A stretch of DNA of 64,000 bases from Minisyncoccota bacterium (GCA_036517175.1 DATDXQ010000028.1:2113-66112); one strand, 5' to 3'. Shown: positions 10,078 to 21,025, counted from the stretch's first letter. Made by a program: numbers and translations. Notes: generated from the sequence alone by a model not told the origin.

Positions 10078-10782
10078 ATGGACTCAGTGGCGATATTCGG
10101 AGCCAATGGTTTCGTTGGCAAAAAAATATATGAGGGCTTGGTTGCAACAGGCAAATACACCGTAACTCCAGTTACGCGTGATAATTACCAAGAAAATGTT
10201 GGTAAGTTTTATAACATTATCATCAACTCGGCTATGCCCGGCGCAAGATTTTGGGCACAAAACAATCCTGACAAAGATTTTATAGAAACGGTACAAAAAA
10301 CGGCTAACTTGATTTACGGCTGCAAATTCGACAAATTTGTACAGATAAGTACTCTGTCTGCAAGATGCCAACTTGATACAATATACGGAAGACACAAGTT
10401 AGCTGCTGAAAAAATATCAGACTATGGTAGTAACCTAATCTTCAGACTCGGCGCTATGTTTGGCGACGGATTAAAAAAAGGTGTCTTGGTAGACATGCTA
10501 AAAGGCCAGAAGGTTTTTGTCAGCAAAGAAAGCCGTTATAATTTCTGTGATGTTGCCTTCATTGGCAGTTATATAGCCTCTCACTTGGATCTGGAGGGAA
10601 TAATTGAGATTGGCGCTTTCAACACAGTATGTCTGGCTGATATAGCAGAATACCTTAATACAGAGAGTCAGTTCAGTGGTCAAACCGAAATTCAGGAAAT
10701 TCAAAACCCAATCCAAGAAATGCCAGATGCAAAAAAGGTTTATGAATATTTAGATAAAGCAAAAAGTTACATCATTAAATAA
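10078..10782 (+). CDS. NAD-dependent epimerase/reductase
   Basis: GANGFVG, YGRHK. Confidence 0.8.
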   Translation: MDSVAIFGANGFVGKKIYEGLVATGKYTVTPVTRDNYQENVGKFYNIIINSAMPGARFWAQNNPDKDFIETVQKTANLIYGCKFDKFVQISTLSARCQLDTIYGRHKLAAEKISDYGSNLIFRLGAMFGDGLKKGVLVDMLKGQKVFVSKESRYNFCDVAFIGSYIASHLDLEGIIEIGAFNTVCLADIAEYLNTESQFSGQTEIQEIQNPIQEMPDAKKVYEYLDKAKSYIIK

Positions 10783-10784
10783 AT

Positions 10785-12035
10785 ATGCAAACAGATAACA
10801 AAATCAAAAGCTGCCGATTCTGTGGGAACAAATCTCTAATCCCCTGCGTAGATCTTGGGGCACAATACCTGTCTTCCATTTTCCCTAAAGATTTAAATTA
10901 CAGAGGAACACTCCAAAAAAAGCACTTGGATTTAGTTATGTGCGAGAAAAAAGACAACACATGCGGAGTGCCCCAACTAGGACACTCCTTCGACATGTCC
11001 AGCATGTATGACGAGTATCCCTTCACGAGCTCCACAAACTCTTCCATGCCCAAGATTTTAAAAGATGTTCTTGATGACGCTCTGACACGCGTTGATCTTA
11101 AGGATGGCGACCTTGTCCTTGACATAGGAGGAAACGACGGCACCCTCCTATCCTTCTTAAAAGATAGGAACCTTGACTTGCTATGCATTGATGCAGCCAA
11201 AAATGTTAAACAGGTTTTTAGTTCCGATAGGTTCAAAATAATCACAGATTTTTTTAACGAGAGGGCCTATAAATCAGCTACACCCAAAAAGGCAAAACTG
11301 GTATTCAGCATTGCCATGTTTTATCACCTGTCTGATCCCGTACAGTTCTCTAAAGACATCGCCTCATGCATGAGTGATGATGGTATCTGGGTAATACAGA
11401 TGGCCTATCTCCCGGCCATGTTAAAAACAAACATGTACGACAATATCGTACATGAACATGCAGGATACTATGCCACCGACCACGTGCGTTGGGTAGTGGA
11501 AAAAGCTGGTCTGGAAATTTTTGACGTGTCTCTTAATGACGTTTATGGAGGCAGTTTCAGGTTATTTATAAAAAAGAAGGGAAACACATCGCATCCACAA
11601 ACAGAACGTTACTTCGAAGAGATTGAGAGGGAAAAGGCATCAGGAATTTATGATCAGATAACCTACGCCAATTTTACAAAGAGGATAGAAAAAACGCGTG
11701 ATGATTTAATCACCCTATGTAAAAAGATCAAATCACAAGGGAAAAAGATTTGGGTTTATGGCGCCTCAACTAAGGGCAATACAATTCTTCAATACTGCGG
11801 CATAGGCAATGACCTGATAGAAGCGGCCGCTGATTCAAATTCCTTTAAATTTAATAAATATATAATAGGTTCGGATATTCCCATTAAAAATGAGATGGAA
11901 CTGAGACTTGCCCAACCAGATTATTTACTAGCATTGCCATACAGTTTCCTTGCCGGCTTTATGAAACGAGAAAAAGAACTATTGGCCGCAGGAACCAAAT
12001 TCATAGTCCCCCTACCGGAAGTATCCATACCGTAA
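10785..12035 (+). CDS. NDP-hexose C-methyltransferase (Zn-binding N-terminus)
   Basis: CRFCG, DIGGNDGTLL, YDNIVHEH, YGGS, YGASTKGN, FIVPLP. Confidence 0.9.
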   Translation: MQTDNKIKSCRFCGNKSLIPCVDLGAQYLSSIFPKDLNYRGTLQKKHLDLVMCEKKDNTCGVPQLGHSFDMSSMYDEYPFTSSTNSSMPKILKDVLDDALTRVDLKDGDLVLDIGGNDGTLLSFLKDRNLDLLCIDAAKNVKQVFSSDRFKIITDFFNERAYKSATPKKAKLVFSIAMFYHLSDPVQFSKDIASCMSDDGIWVIQMAYLPAMLKTNMYDNIVHEHAGYYATDHVRWVVEKAGLEIFDVSLNDVYGGSFRLFIKKKGNTSHPQTERYFEEIEREKASGIYDQITYANFTKRIEKTRDDLITLCKKIKSQGKKIWVYGASTKGNTILQYCGIGNDLIEAAADSNSFKFNKYIIGSDIPIKNEMELRLAQPDYLLALPYSFLAGFMKREKELLAAGTKFIVPLPEVSIP

Positions 12036-12107
12036 AATTAATTCGTGCTATTGCAAAAATTATAAAAAGTGTTACTATTTGAATGAATTTAGGAAAGAGT
12101 ACGGGAC

Positions 12108-12635
12108 ATGACTTCACACGTTGTGTATTGTCCGGCATATTGCCTGACCAAAGATGGTTCACGTCTAACCTCAATGAACCAGGACTGTACCGAAGCAGCC
12201 ATCAGAGAAATCTTGGCGGGAAGAGCAGACCATATCATATTTTCTACCGCGTACCCAAAAATCTGGGCAACAGAAGCGAGACTAAAAACGGAAATGGCAA
12301 AAAAGGAAGGAGTCAGTTCTTTTACCATAATCCCTGAAGTGACAAACACATACACCGAAACACAAGAAGCTTTGAAAATTATAAAGAAACTTGGATCGCC
12401 AACCCTTATCGTTGTAGCTGAAAAGTACCACATCAAACGCGTAGTTAAAATCTTCCACCAAGCGTTACCGGAAATTTCTATTATTCCGATACCGGTTCTC
12501 TGCAAGCACTTTGAGCAAGCGCTTGAGCCTTCGCTAATTAAAAGCATGAGGGCTGGATATAAACCCCTGTGGATTCTCTGGAACTATTTTTTTTACCTTT
12601 TAACACCCTTCCTGAGTCAAAATATAATAAGGTAA
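12108..12635 (+). CDS. YdcF/DUF218-like protein
   Basis: NTYTE and YHIKR motifs, C-terminal hydrophobic helix. Confidence 0.6.
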   Translation: MTSHVVYCPAYCLTKDGSRLTSMNQDCTEAAIREILAGRADHIIFSTAYPKIWATEARLKTEMAKKEGVSSFTIIPEVTNTYTETQEALKIIKKLGSPTLIVVAEKYHIKRVVKIFHQALPEISIIPIPVLCKHFEQALEPSLIKSMRAGYKPLWILWNYFFYLLTPFLSQNIIR

Positions 12636-12694
12636 GTACTTTAAAAAATTAATACCCACCAAGCGGGTATTTTTGTTACAACGATTAAACACAA

Positions 12695-14122
12695 TTACTT
12701 CTTTTCGAACACAAAGTATAAATCTCTGTAAAGCTTGGTTTTAAGTTTATATTTTTTAAGAAACTCACGGCCAGAGTTCATTGATTTACTTGAAATTATT
12801 ACTTCGTCCGGGATACCAGAAGTCAAAAATTCTCTATCACCCAAATATCTATCCCCAGTTATGTGAAAAAACTGATAGTAGTTGTCACTCTGCAAAAAAG
12901 TCACGGCTTCGGCTGCCTCGTAAACAAATATAGACTTGTTTTTATCCAAATTACCAAGGTATTCTCGCAACTCCTTGGATCTAGTACTTTTGTAATCACC
13001 GGCGACCCAGGAACTGAACCCAATTTGATAAAATTGAAAAGCTATTATAACCGCAAAAATAATTGACCAGAAAAATTGCGGGGCCGCGCTTCTTAATAAC
13101 TTATTATTTACAAAATCATAAACCCTTGAAAAAGCGGATGGGGAAAAAATTAATGCCAGCACTTGGCCCGGGAAGAGATATCTATACCACCCAGGGGTTT
13201 TCAAGTAAGCAATCGCAATCAGTATCGCAAACAGAATGGCAACATTTTCCGCAAGTCCAATGGCTTGTTTCTTTCTAATCCTTAATAAATAAGAACAGAG
13301 CCAAAATAACATTGTTAATGCAAAATAACCTGGCGTCGTCTCTTTAAAAAATCTCTCCAAATTATTGGGTATAGCCGCTAAAATATCACCCAAGCCGGCA
13401 CTGTAATTATTTCCATAAAAAGACAAGACGCCAAAAACAGAATCTTTTTCTCCAAAGTAAGTTACAAAAAATAAAAGAACTAGAATCAAGAAAAATAGTC
13501 CAATAAAAAAGATATTATTACCAGTGAAATTAATTTTTTTTCTTCTGAGCCAGATGCAAATAAGGACAGCTGGAATAAGTAGAATAAATATAGGTTTTGT
13601 AACCACAACAAGACCACCAACAAGACCCAACAAAATACTTGGCACAATTTTTTTGTGACTTACTTCTTCAATTCGGTTCAACAACAACAAAAACAAAACC
13701 AAAAAAAACATACCGGGCACTTCACCCAGCACAAGCTTGCCATTACCATAAACAGGTGCAAAACTAGCGAGCAACAAAGTAGAAACAATGGCATGCTTAT
13801 AACCAAATAATCTATATATTAAAAAGAAAACCACCACCAGCAGCAACAATATAAAAACAACCATGGGAATTCTGGCTTGCAACAGTCCAACACCAAAAAA
13901 CTTAAACACCAAACCTATGGGATAGGTAACAGAGTACCCCGTTGTAACATACCCGGCAATCGACTCGTCTAACTCCCCCGGCGAAGATTGGACACCAAAG
14001 ACACCGAAATGCGCAAAGTTCCTGGCAACTTGCATAAAAAGCCCATCATCATACCAAGTACGTGGAGATTCAGTGAGTTTATAGGTGGAAATAAAAATAA
14101 CCACTAAAAGTATCGGAATCAA
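12695..14122 (-). CDS. GT-C (ArnT/PMT-like) membrane glycosyltransferase; start uncertain
   Basis: WYDD motif after the first TM helix, many TM helices, TKP, WYRY. Confidence 0.78.
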   Translation of the reverse strand: MIPILLVVIFISTYKLTESPRTWYDDGLFMQVARNFAHFGVFGVQSSPGELDESIAGYVTTGYSVTYPIGLVFKFFGVGLLQARIPMVVFILLLLVVVFFLIYRLFGYKHAIVSTLLLASFAPVYGNGKLVLGEVPGMFFLVLFLLLLNRIEEVSHKKIVPSILLGLVGGLVVVTKPIFILLIPAVLICIWLRRKKINFTGNNIFFIGLFFLILVLLFFVTYFGEKDSVFGVLSFYGNNYSAGLGDILAAIPNNLERFFKETTPGYFALTMLFWLCSYLLRIRKKQAIGLAENVAILFAILIAIAYLKTPGWYRYLFPGQVLALIFSPSAFSRVYDFVNNKLLRSAAPQFFWSIIFAVIIAFQFYQIGFSSWVAGDYKSTRSKELREYLGNLDKNKSIFVYEAAEAVTFLQSDNYYQFFHITGDRYLGDREFLTSGIPDEVIISSKSMNSGREFLKKYKLKTKLYRDLYFVFEKK

Positions 14123-14160
14123 AACTAGTAGTTTTTTATAGGGAGTAGATATCGTTGCAT

Positions 14161-14376
14161 GTTTTGGTTGTAATGCCTTATAGCACCGTCAAAAGGGTGG
14201 ATTGTCCCGATTCTGCTCTGCAGAATCGAGGATCCTCGATTTTCATGAATGAAAATCGGGACATGGTCATCGAGCAGTATAATTATTATTCACTGTGAGA
14301 TGAATCCACGCTTTTGACGGAATGCAGCAACTTCGCTGGAGTTGCAAATGGTGATAGAAGGCATTACACCAAAAAC
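14161..14376. repeat. Large nested palindromic (MITE/REP-like) element
   Basis: Outer ~27-bp imperfect IR (14161-14187 / 14350-14376), inner 18-bp IR CCGTCAAAAGGGTGGATT / AATCCACGCTTTTGACGG, further nested hairpins. Confidence 0.8.
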
Positions 14377-14379
14377 TTT

Positions 14380-15792
14380 TTATATGAATTTTATTTTTTT
14401 CATTGCAAAAGCAACCATTCTCAACAAAAGCCAACCGTGCTTCCAACGACTTATGTTTGTCGTACCATAGGTCCTCTCCCTGTAATGAACCGGCAAATCA
14501 ACTATTTTTAAATTAAGCTTAGCTGCCCCAAAAATCAGATCAAAGTCTCCGAAAGGATCAAAGTCTCCAAAGAATTTGCGGCCATTTTTTATATCTTCAT
14601 AATCAGTTCGCCACAAAACCTTAGTACCACAAAGGGTATCCTTAATCTTCTGCCCCAAAAGCCAACTAAACGCAAAACCAAAAAACTTGTTGCCCAAATA
14701 ATTAAGGAAGCGCATTGACTCTTTTTCCATAGGATAAACCAGCCTTGATCCGTTTATGAATTCTCCACGTCCAGTCACGATCGCATCATAAAATTTGTGC
14801 AATTCATGAGGGGGCACAGTCATATCAGCGTCATAAATCATTAATATATCGTTGCTCGCCATATCAAAACCCTTCCTAACAGCGTCACCCTTTCCCCTTC
14901 CATCCTGGACGGCAAACTTGATATTTTTTGATCCCCTATATTTGGCGACAGAAATTTTTATTTTTTCAAGAGTACCGTCTGATGAACCACCCTCAACAAA
15001 AATAAGTTCTGTTCTACTCCCAAGATCAGGTAATTCTTTGATTATTTTGTCTATCATGCCAGCCTCATTTCTTGCGGCAACAACAATCGAAACCGATGGC
15101 GCGGTCTCAAAATTATTACGCAGAGGAACAGGCCTTGCAACCAAATAGTTTATTAAACCCAACTTGTTGAAAGGCCAGATATTTCCTAAAAAATTGTTCA
15201 GAAGATCGGAAACAAAAGGTATTCTCTTGGGCATTATCATTTTTTTCCCTTTCTTTATTATCTCAAAACCAGATAAATAAAATAGGTTTTCTATATCATT
15301 TTCTGATATCCAATTCTGGAGTTTCGAGGGCATTCTGACTCCAAGCTTGGAGCCAATATTCAAAATCGGCTCCCAAATCTGACTATATTGTGTTACCACT
15401 ATTTTACTGCGTGGATAAACAACCGTGTGCAGTTTATTAAAAAGATCCTGTACATCATCCAAATAACCAACTAGGTCTGACATAACTATAAAATCAAATT
15501 TTTCCGCAATATGTTCAATTGCCACAGAACTAAATTCAAGTGGAGAATTGGGGTATTTTTGAGACGCCAACCTAACCATGACTTCACTAATGTCACTGCC
15601 CAAACCCCTGGATGGTATGAGTTTGGCGATAAGGTCTCCGATGCCACAACCTATCTCCAAAACCCTTTTGCCCGAAGGAATCAAAAATGGCAGAAGTTTG
15701 TCTTCTACATATCCATAATAATAACTATTCTTTTTTTTCCAGTATTCTCGTTTAGGAGCTACCTGATCAAAATATTCTTTAATTTTAGGCAT
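14380..15792 (-). CDS. Methyltransferase-domain + GT2 glycosyltransferase fusion
   Basis: N-terminal LEIGCGIG; C-terminal AARNE, GKGDAVRKGF, DADMTV, DTLCGTK, DPFGDFDL. Confidence 0.88.
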   Translation of the reverse strand: MPKIKEYFDQVAPKREYWKKKNSYYYGYVEDKLLPFLIPSGKRVLEIGCGIGDLIAKLIPSRGLGSDISEVMVRLASQKYPNSPLEFSSVAIEHIAEKFDFIVMSDLVGYLDDVQDLFNKLHTVVYPRSKIVVTQYSQIWEPILNIGSKLGVRMPSKLQNWISENDIENLFYLSGFEIIKKGKKMIMPKRIPFVSDLLNNFLGNIWPFNKLGLINYLVARPVPLRNNFETAPSVSIVVAARNEAGMIDKIIKELPDLGSRTELIFVEGGSSDGTLEKIKISVAKYRGSKNIKFAVQDGRGKGDAVRKGFDMASNDILMIYDADMTVPPHELHKFYDAIVTGRGEFINGSRLVYPMEKESMRFLNYLGNKFFGFAFSWLLGQKIKDTLCGTKVLWRTDYEDIKNGRKFFGDFDPFGDFDLIFGAAKLNLKIVDLPVHYRERTYGTTNISRWKHGWLLLRMVAFAMKKIKFI

Positions 15793-15807
15793 CTTTATTA
15801 TAATTGG

Positions 15808-17481
15808 TTAATTATTTTTATTCTGACAATCATAAATCTTTGCTGAAATTTTGACAGAATAATCTTCATAAATAACATCGCAAGTTAAAAAGTGTTCGAA
15901 GTAAGGGCTGCTCGGGCTAAGGTGGGGAATATCAATAACTAGGTAGTGGCCATTAAAGTTCTTCAAAATCTCCGTGTATGCTCTTTCAAACTTTGGGGCA
16001 GCATAAAGTCTTCGCTCATACTTACCGATGTTTGTAAGCTCATACGCCCCAATATCGTTGTAAGATATGACCTTATGTATCCTGTCTTCCCTCTCTATGA
16101 AATTAACCGCGTTTTTAAGTAGCGCATTTGGGTTTCCGTTAATTTTACCAAACAAGTACTCCTCAGAAAAAACCACGCTATAAGCCAATCCCACAAGCAA
16201 GATAACGCATGCGACCAACCTCATCAATCCCCTCCTAAACAGCGAGACAATTACCAATAATATAGACACTGCCCACGTTGTGGCAATAAATAACCAAGAG
16301 ACATAAAAGCCAAGAGGACCAGAACCACCCGTAAAAGGAAAAACAAAATTCCACCTTAACTTAATGATACGTCCAATCCACTCTTCCTTTGGATACAGGG
16401 CCGGAGCAAAGTGAGGAATAAACTGTAGCACCGAAATAATGAACGCCACCACTAACCCAAAAAAGACGAGTTCACCCAACCGAGTCAGTGACCTGGAATC
16501 TTTCTCTCCAAAAATACCAGACATGAGCGTACCTGATATTATTGAGAGCGGTACAATTATGTAAGCAAGGTATTTATCCAGCGCGGATCTGGAAAAATCA
16601 AAAACAACTAAATAGAAAACTCCGCCCAATAACAAAAATATCCACAATACCCTGAACCTTTTCCAATCGCTCCTGGACAACCAAAACAGCGGCACCAACA
16701 AAAGAGGAGAAGCGTACATAACTGCTTTGGCAACCTGTATCGCTATCTGGAGGTAAGCTCTGCCAGACAATTTAATAAAATCTTTGACGTGATTAATCGT
16801 CATCGTCAAATCATAGGATTTAAAAAAGAACTTGGCGTTCAACAAAATAACACCCAATAAAACAATAAGGCCGAGAGCGGCACCTAAATACTTGAACATC
16901 AGTTTTCTATTCACCGGCCCGGTTTTTTTATCAATCAAAAAATCTATAATAAAAGCACCAACGGCAATAATATAGTTCAGCTTAGTCAAAAACCCCAGAG
17001 TGATCGCCAGAAGAAAAACCAGCCCCCAAATAATCCTTTTTTTGGTCACTTCGGCATCCTTCCAATTGAAGTATGATATAAGTGAGAGCAGGAAAAAAAA
17101 TGGCAAAACCTGACCATCCATTTCCGTCATCAAAGAACCAAGAACCGAATAAAATGATACTGAGAAAAAGACAGTAGACCAGACAGCCGCCTTTTCACCA
17201 AACCTCTTCCTCATGAAGTAAAAAATCAGGACCAGATTTGCTACGCCGAAAACCATTGGCATGGCACGAAAGTTATCCCTTCCGAATATTGATGCATCCA
17301 GAGCAAAAATCGCTCGTGTGAGAGGCGGATGCGGTGTTCCCGATGACCAAGAACTATAACCTACCACCGCCTTTCTTTCATCTTGATGGTAAGGTAAATG
17401 CAACCCTGGCAGCCTTAAGGCCAAAAACAAAAGAAAAAGACATAAAAGTATGATTTTTTGTTTCTTGAAAAAATTAAACAT
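15808..17481 (-). CDS. GT-C membrane glycosyltransferase
   Basis: LRL..HQDE..HPPL, multiple TM helices, TK motif. Confidence 0.75.
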   Translation of the reverse strand: MFNFFKKQKIILLCLFLLFLALRLPGLHLPYHQDERKAVVGYSSWSSGTPHPPLTRAIFALDASIFGRDNFRAMPMVFGVANLVLIFYFMRKRFGEKAAVWSTVFFSVSFYSVLGSLMTEMDGQVLPFFFLLSLISYFNWKDAEVTKKRIIWGLVFLLAITLGFLTKLNYIIAVGAFIIDFLIDKKTGPVNRKLMFKYLGAALGLIVLLGVILLNAKFFFKSYDLTMTINHVKDFIKLSGRAYLQIAIQVAKAVMYASPLLLVPLFWLSRSDWKRFRVLWIFLLLGGVFYLVVFDFSRSALDKYLAYIIVPLSIISGTLMSGIFGEKDSRSLTRLGELVFFGLVVAFIISVLQFIPHFAPALYPKEEWIGRIIKLRWNFVFPFTGGSGPLGFYVSWLFIATTWAVSILLVIVSLFRRGLMRLVACVILLVGLAYSVVFSEEYLFGKINGNPNALLKNAVNFIEREDRIHKVISYNDIGAYELTNIGKYERRLYAAPKFERAYTEILKNFNGHYLVIDIPHLSPSSPYFEHFLTCDVIYEDYSVKISAKIYDCQNKNN

Positions 17482-17508
17482 GCAATAAGTGGTCCCGGAT
17501 TTTATGTT

Positions 17509-17916
17509 TCATCTTCTTCTTTTAAAAAATAAAAATGCTAAAAACGAACCCAGGATATCAATGACCAAATCTTTCAGAGTATCAAAAAGATTCCCCCCGC
17601 GAAATATACTGAAGTATGACGGCAGGATGCGAGTTGATGAATATTCGAAAACTTCCCATGCCACTCCTATAAGCAAAGAGGCTCCCAGCACAATTATTAT
17701 ATCGTTGGTCACCGAACGCTCTGCCGCAATCGCCCTGCGCAAAAAACTTACAAAAAACATTGCCACGAAAAAACCGCCAAAAAAATGGAGTGGGACATCA
17801 ATCCATGTCACATGCTTAAATATACCAGTGTAAACAATCAGCCATGTAAATAAAAATAAAAACACTAGAAAAATTAGTGCTTTTATTTCATTTTTTTTAG
17901 AATTAGTTATCGGCAT
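17509..17916 (-). CDS. Membrane protein (VanZ/DUF2238-like)
   Basis: DVPLHFFGG, WEVFEY, DTLKDL..DILG. Confidence 0.65.
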   Translation of the reverse strand: MPITNSKKNEIKALIFLVFLFLFTWLIVYTGIFKHVTWIDVPLHFFGGFFVAMFFVSFLRRAIAAERSVTNDIIIVLGASLLIGVAWEVFEYSSTRILPSYFSIFRGGNLFDTLKDLVIDILGSFLAFLFFKRRR

Positions 17917-17919
17917 TTA

Positions 17920-19056
17920 TTAGAAATTTTTAATTATCTCTAAGTGTGCCCTAGTGACACGTTCCCAATTCTGACTTAGGTCAAATTTTCTTACAATATT
18001 TAAGGCATCACCATAAAAATCAACACTGAACATTTGTTCCATTTTTTCAATAAATTCTTTTTCATTTTGCGGATCAAAAAGAAACTCTTCTGGCAATTTT
18101 ACAGAAAGACCATTCTCACGACTTAGCAACACTGGCCTTCCAAGAGACAAACACTCTAATATAAAATTTGGATTGAATTCTGTAAGTGCTGGCCCCACAC
18201 CGAACCACGAAGATTGGATATATTCAAAAAGTTTCTCCTGACCAAGCTTGGGAATCACATCCACAGAGCTTGATAAGGAAAGTTCTTTTATCTTTTTTTC
18301 CAATTTATATTTGTCTGGACCCTCACCTATCATAACCAACCTACCACGCCTAGTTTTTTGTCTAACCTTATCAAAAACTCTAATCAATAGTTCTAGATTC
18401 TTATAGGCCACAAAGCGACCAGCAAACAAAACTGTGGGCTCTCCAGACCTCTCCACTCCAGAAGGTTCTCGATGGAAAACAGGATTCAAAATAATCCTAA
18501 CTCTCTTAGGGTCGATATTGTAATATTTCTCATAAATGTCGGACAGGAAACGTGAATAAAAAACAATCAGATCAAACTTGGGTAAGACATACTTAGTAAA
18601 TCGGAATAGCCACGGCCGATCTTTCACATAGAGACCTTGCTTATAGTAATTAACAAAGGAAACAAATCTGTCTCCCCTTTCAACCACTCTCTCCCAAATA
18701 GGATCGCCGGGTAAACGCATAATTATTTTTTTATGCAGCATCTTGCCAACAATAAAAACTGGAAACCCAGCAGTCGCAATATTAAAGGCGTAAAGCAAGC
18801 TTGCCTCATGAGATTCTTTTAAAACGACCACTAAGTATTTCAGTCGCCTGAGTAGGACCGGCAGCTTATTTGAAATTCTAATAACCTTGAATTGGAAATC
18901 ATTCGGACCATCATAATCTCCGTAAGCTATGACCACAGGCCTATAGCCAGACGTTTCAAGTGTCTCAGCTATCTTTCTCACATGTATTGCGGGACCCCCA
19001 ACATCAGGAAAAAATATTCCTGTAGCAAGAATAATTTTATTGGATTTTTTTGACAT
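17920..19056 (-). CDS. GT4 glycosyltransferase
   Basis: PDVGGPA, FAGRFVAYKN, IGEGP, PNFILECLSLG. Confidence 0.88.
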   Translation of the reverse strand: MSKKSNKIILATGIFFPDVGGPAIHVRKIAETLETSGYRPVVIAYGDYDGPNDFQFKVIRISNKLPVLLRRLKYLVVVLKESHEASLLYAFNIATAGFPVFIVGKMLHKKIIMRLPGDPIWERVVERGDRFVSFVNYYKQGLYVKDRPWLFRFTKYVLPKFDLIVFYSRFLSDIYEKYYNIDPKRVRIILNPVFHREPSGVERSGEPTVLFAGRFVAYKNLELLIRVFDKVRQKTRRGRLVMIGEGPDKYKLEKKIKELSLSSSVDVIPKLGQEKLFEYIQSSWFGVGPALTEFNPNFILECLSLGRPVLLSRENGLSVKLPEEFLFDPQNEKEFIEKMEQMFSVDFYGDALNIVRKFDLSQNWERVTRAHLEIIKNF

Positions 19057-19079
19057 TTTGATTTATTATTGATATTACC

Positions 19080-19982
19080 ATGAAAAATAATAAAAATGTA
19101 GCCCTGATTGGAGTTGGCAGGTGGGGCAAAAACCTACTAAGAGAGTTCTCCAAAATAGCCAGTGTAGATTATTGTTATTACCAAGGCAATCAAAAAACCT
19201 CAGATTGGCTGGCGTCCAATTATCCAAATATAAAAAGGGTTGACTCATATGATGATATTTTAAAAAATCCGGTCATAGATGCCGTGGTAATTGCCACTCC
19301 CATCAGGACCCATTTTGAATTGGCCAAATTGGCACTGGGAGCCGGGAAAAATGTATTCGTAGAAAAACCAATTTCTGAAACACCAGAGCAGGCGCAAGAA
19401 CTTATAGATCTAGCGGACAAAAAAAAACTAATGCTTTTTGTAGGCTACACCTTCATATATCACCCTATTTTTCAAAAAATAAAAGATATAATTTCTGAGG
19501 AGGGTGCAGAATATATTAAAATGCAATGGGAAAAATTTGGACACTTCGGAGAAAACATAGAACTCAATCTCCTGTGTCATGAATTTTCTATAATTTATAG
19601 CCTTCTTGGCAGACCCTTAAAAATCACTGAGCTTAAACGCAGAAAAATTATAAGCGAGGCGGACATCATAAGCATACAAGCCAAATATCCCAAAACAACA
19701 GTCGACATAGACATAAATAGAGCTTCGCTGATTAAACGTAAAACGCTTTATCTTGTCACTGAGAAAAACACTTATCTCTGGGAAACAAGCACCTTATTTA
19801 AATTAGACCAGGGCTCAAAGGAGTTTGTTAAAATATTTGAATCTGCAGACACACCCCTTGAACTTGAGTGTATGGAATTCATCAAATGCCTTTCAGAATC
19901 AAAAAAGCCCAAGACAGATGGTGAGTTTGGTCTTGAAATAAACAATCTTCTCACCAAGATGGTCAAACTTAAAACATTTTAG
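19080..19982 (+). CDS. Gfo/Idh/MocA oxidoreductase
   Basis: GVGRWG, IATP..H, VFVEKP. Confidence 0.9.
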   Translation: MKNNKNVALIGVGRWGKNLLREFSKIASVDYCYYQGNQKTSDWLASNYPNIKRVDSYDDILKNPVIDAVVIATPIRTHFELAKLALGAGKNVFVEKPISETPEQAQELIDLADKKKLMLFVGYTFIYHPIFQKIKDIISEEGAEYIKMQWEKFGHFGENIELNLLCHEFSIIYSLLGRPLKITELKRRKIISEADIISIQAKYPKTTVDIDINRASLIKRKTLYLVTEKNTYLWETSTLFKLDQGSKEFVKIFESADTPLELECMEFIKCLSESKKPKTDGEFGLEINNLLTKMVKLKTF

Positions 19983-21025
19983 ATCTGTTTGATTTTTAAC
20001 ACAACTTCTTCTGCCGCCTCCACGCAATTGCCTATTTTCCCCGAAAAAATAGTAATTGTTTTTGGATCAACCATAGTTACAACGGTTGGTCTGGCATCAG
20101 TTTTTTCAAGTTTCGGTAAAACTGTACGGAAGGTAAACATTGAGCCAACATGCTTAGCCTTAGCGAGCCCTGGTATGAATTCCGAGCCGGATTCAATGAT
20201 TTTTCTAAAATTAGTAACGGGTGGGTTTTTTATTATTCCCCTATTCAAAATTTTATTAAACTTTGGTGGTATGTACGGCTTCTTGCCAACATTCATACTG
20301 TGTATGGCATGAACAACATTTCCTAGAACAAAATTACCTGTCCTTCCCATAGGATCAATACACATAAAAGGACCGTCCATAACAACTAGGCACTGCTTAT
20401 CGAACTCCCGAGGAAGCTTCACAACAGCTTTTTCACAAAGCTCAAATTGATAGTTTTTGCGCTTGGATACGGGCAGTAGTTCGTTGAGGTTAGCATATGT
20501 TGCAATTACTTTTAGATCGTATTTTTTTAATTCAGCAACTGTCGCCAGTTTTTTTAATTCAACGTTAACACCGGAAGATTTTAATTTACTCCAGCACAAC
20601 TTTCTTAATTTGTCAGGATCTATCCTGCTTTCCTCGCCCTTAATTGACCTGCCTATCTTGTCGTAATTAACCAATGCCGGCCTTGCCTCAATAAAACTCA
20701 AGCCTACGTCACTGCAAACCTTAACATAATCGTCGTGATGTATTAGACTGCCTTCTTTAGCAATACAATAGTGGTGATCATCGCCAGTAATAACCGCTTG
20801 TCTGTATTCTTTTATAAAACCCGCCTCTGCCCTCATGCAATCTTGGATGGTTTCTCCACTGCGCGGATAATGATAGCCTTTGTGTAAACGAAATTGATTA
20901 GAGCCCGATGCGGCCATCAAAATATCGCCTTCCTTCTCAAAAAGGTCAACATTGTGGCCTACCCCAGCAAGCTTGATTGCAGTGGTTACCCCAAATATTC
21001 CCCCTCCGACAACGGCAATATACAT
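19979..21025 (-). CDS. FAD-dependent oxidoreductase (sugar-modification associated)
   Basis: GGGIFG, NQFRLHKGYHYPRS, MDGPF, FSGKI. Confidence 0.85.
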   Translation of the reverse strand: MYIAVVGGGIFGVTTAIKLAGVGHNVDLFEKEGDILMAASGSNQFRLHKGYHYPRSGETIQDCMRAEAGFIKEYRQAVITGDDHHYCIAKEGSLIHHDDYVKVCSDVGLSFIEARPALVNYDKIGRSIKGEESRIDPDKLRKLCWSKLKSSGVNVELKKLATVAELKKYDLKVIATYANLNELLPVSKRKNYQFELCEKAVVKLPREFDKQCLVVMDGPFMCIDPMGRTGNFVLGNVVHAIHSMNVGKKPYIPPKFNKILNRGIIKNPPVTNFRKIIESGSEFIPGLAKAKHVGSMFTFRTVLPKLEKTDARPTVVTMVDPKTITIFSGKIGNCVEAAEEVVLKIKQI

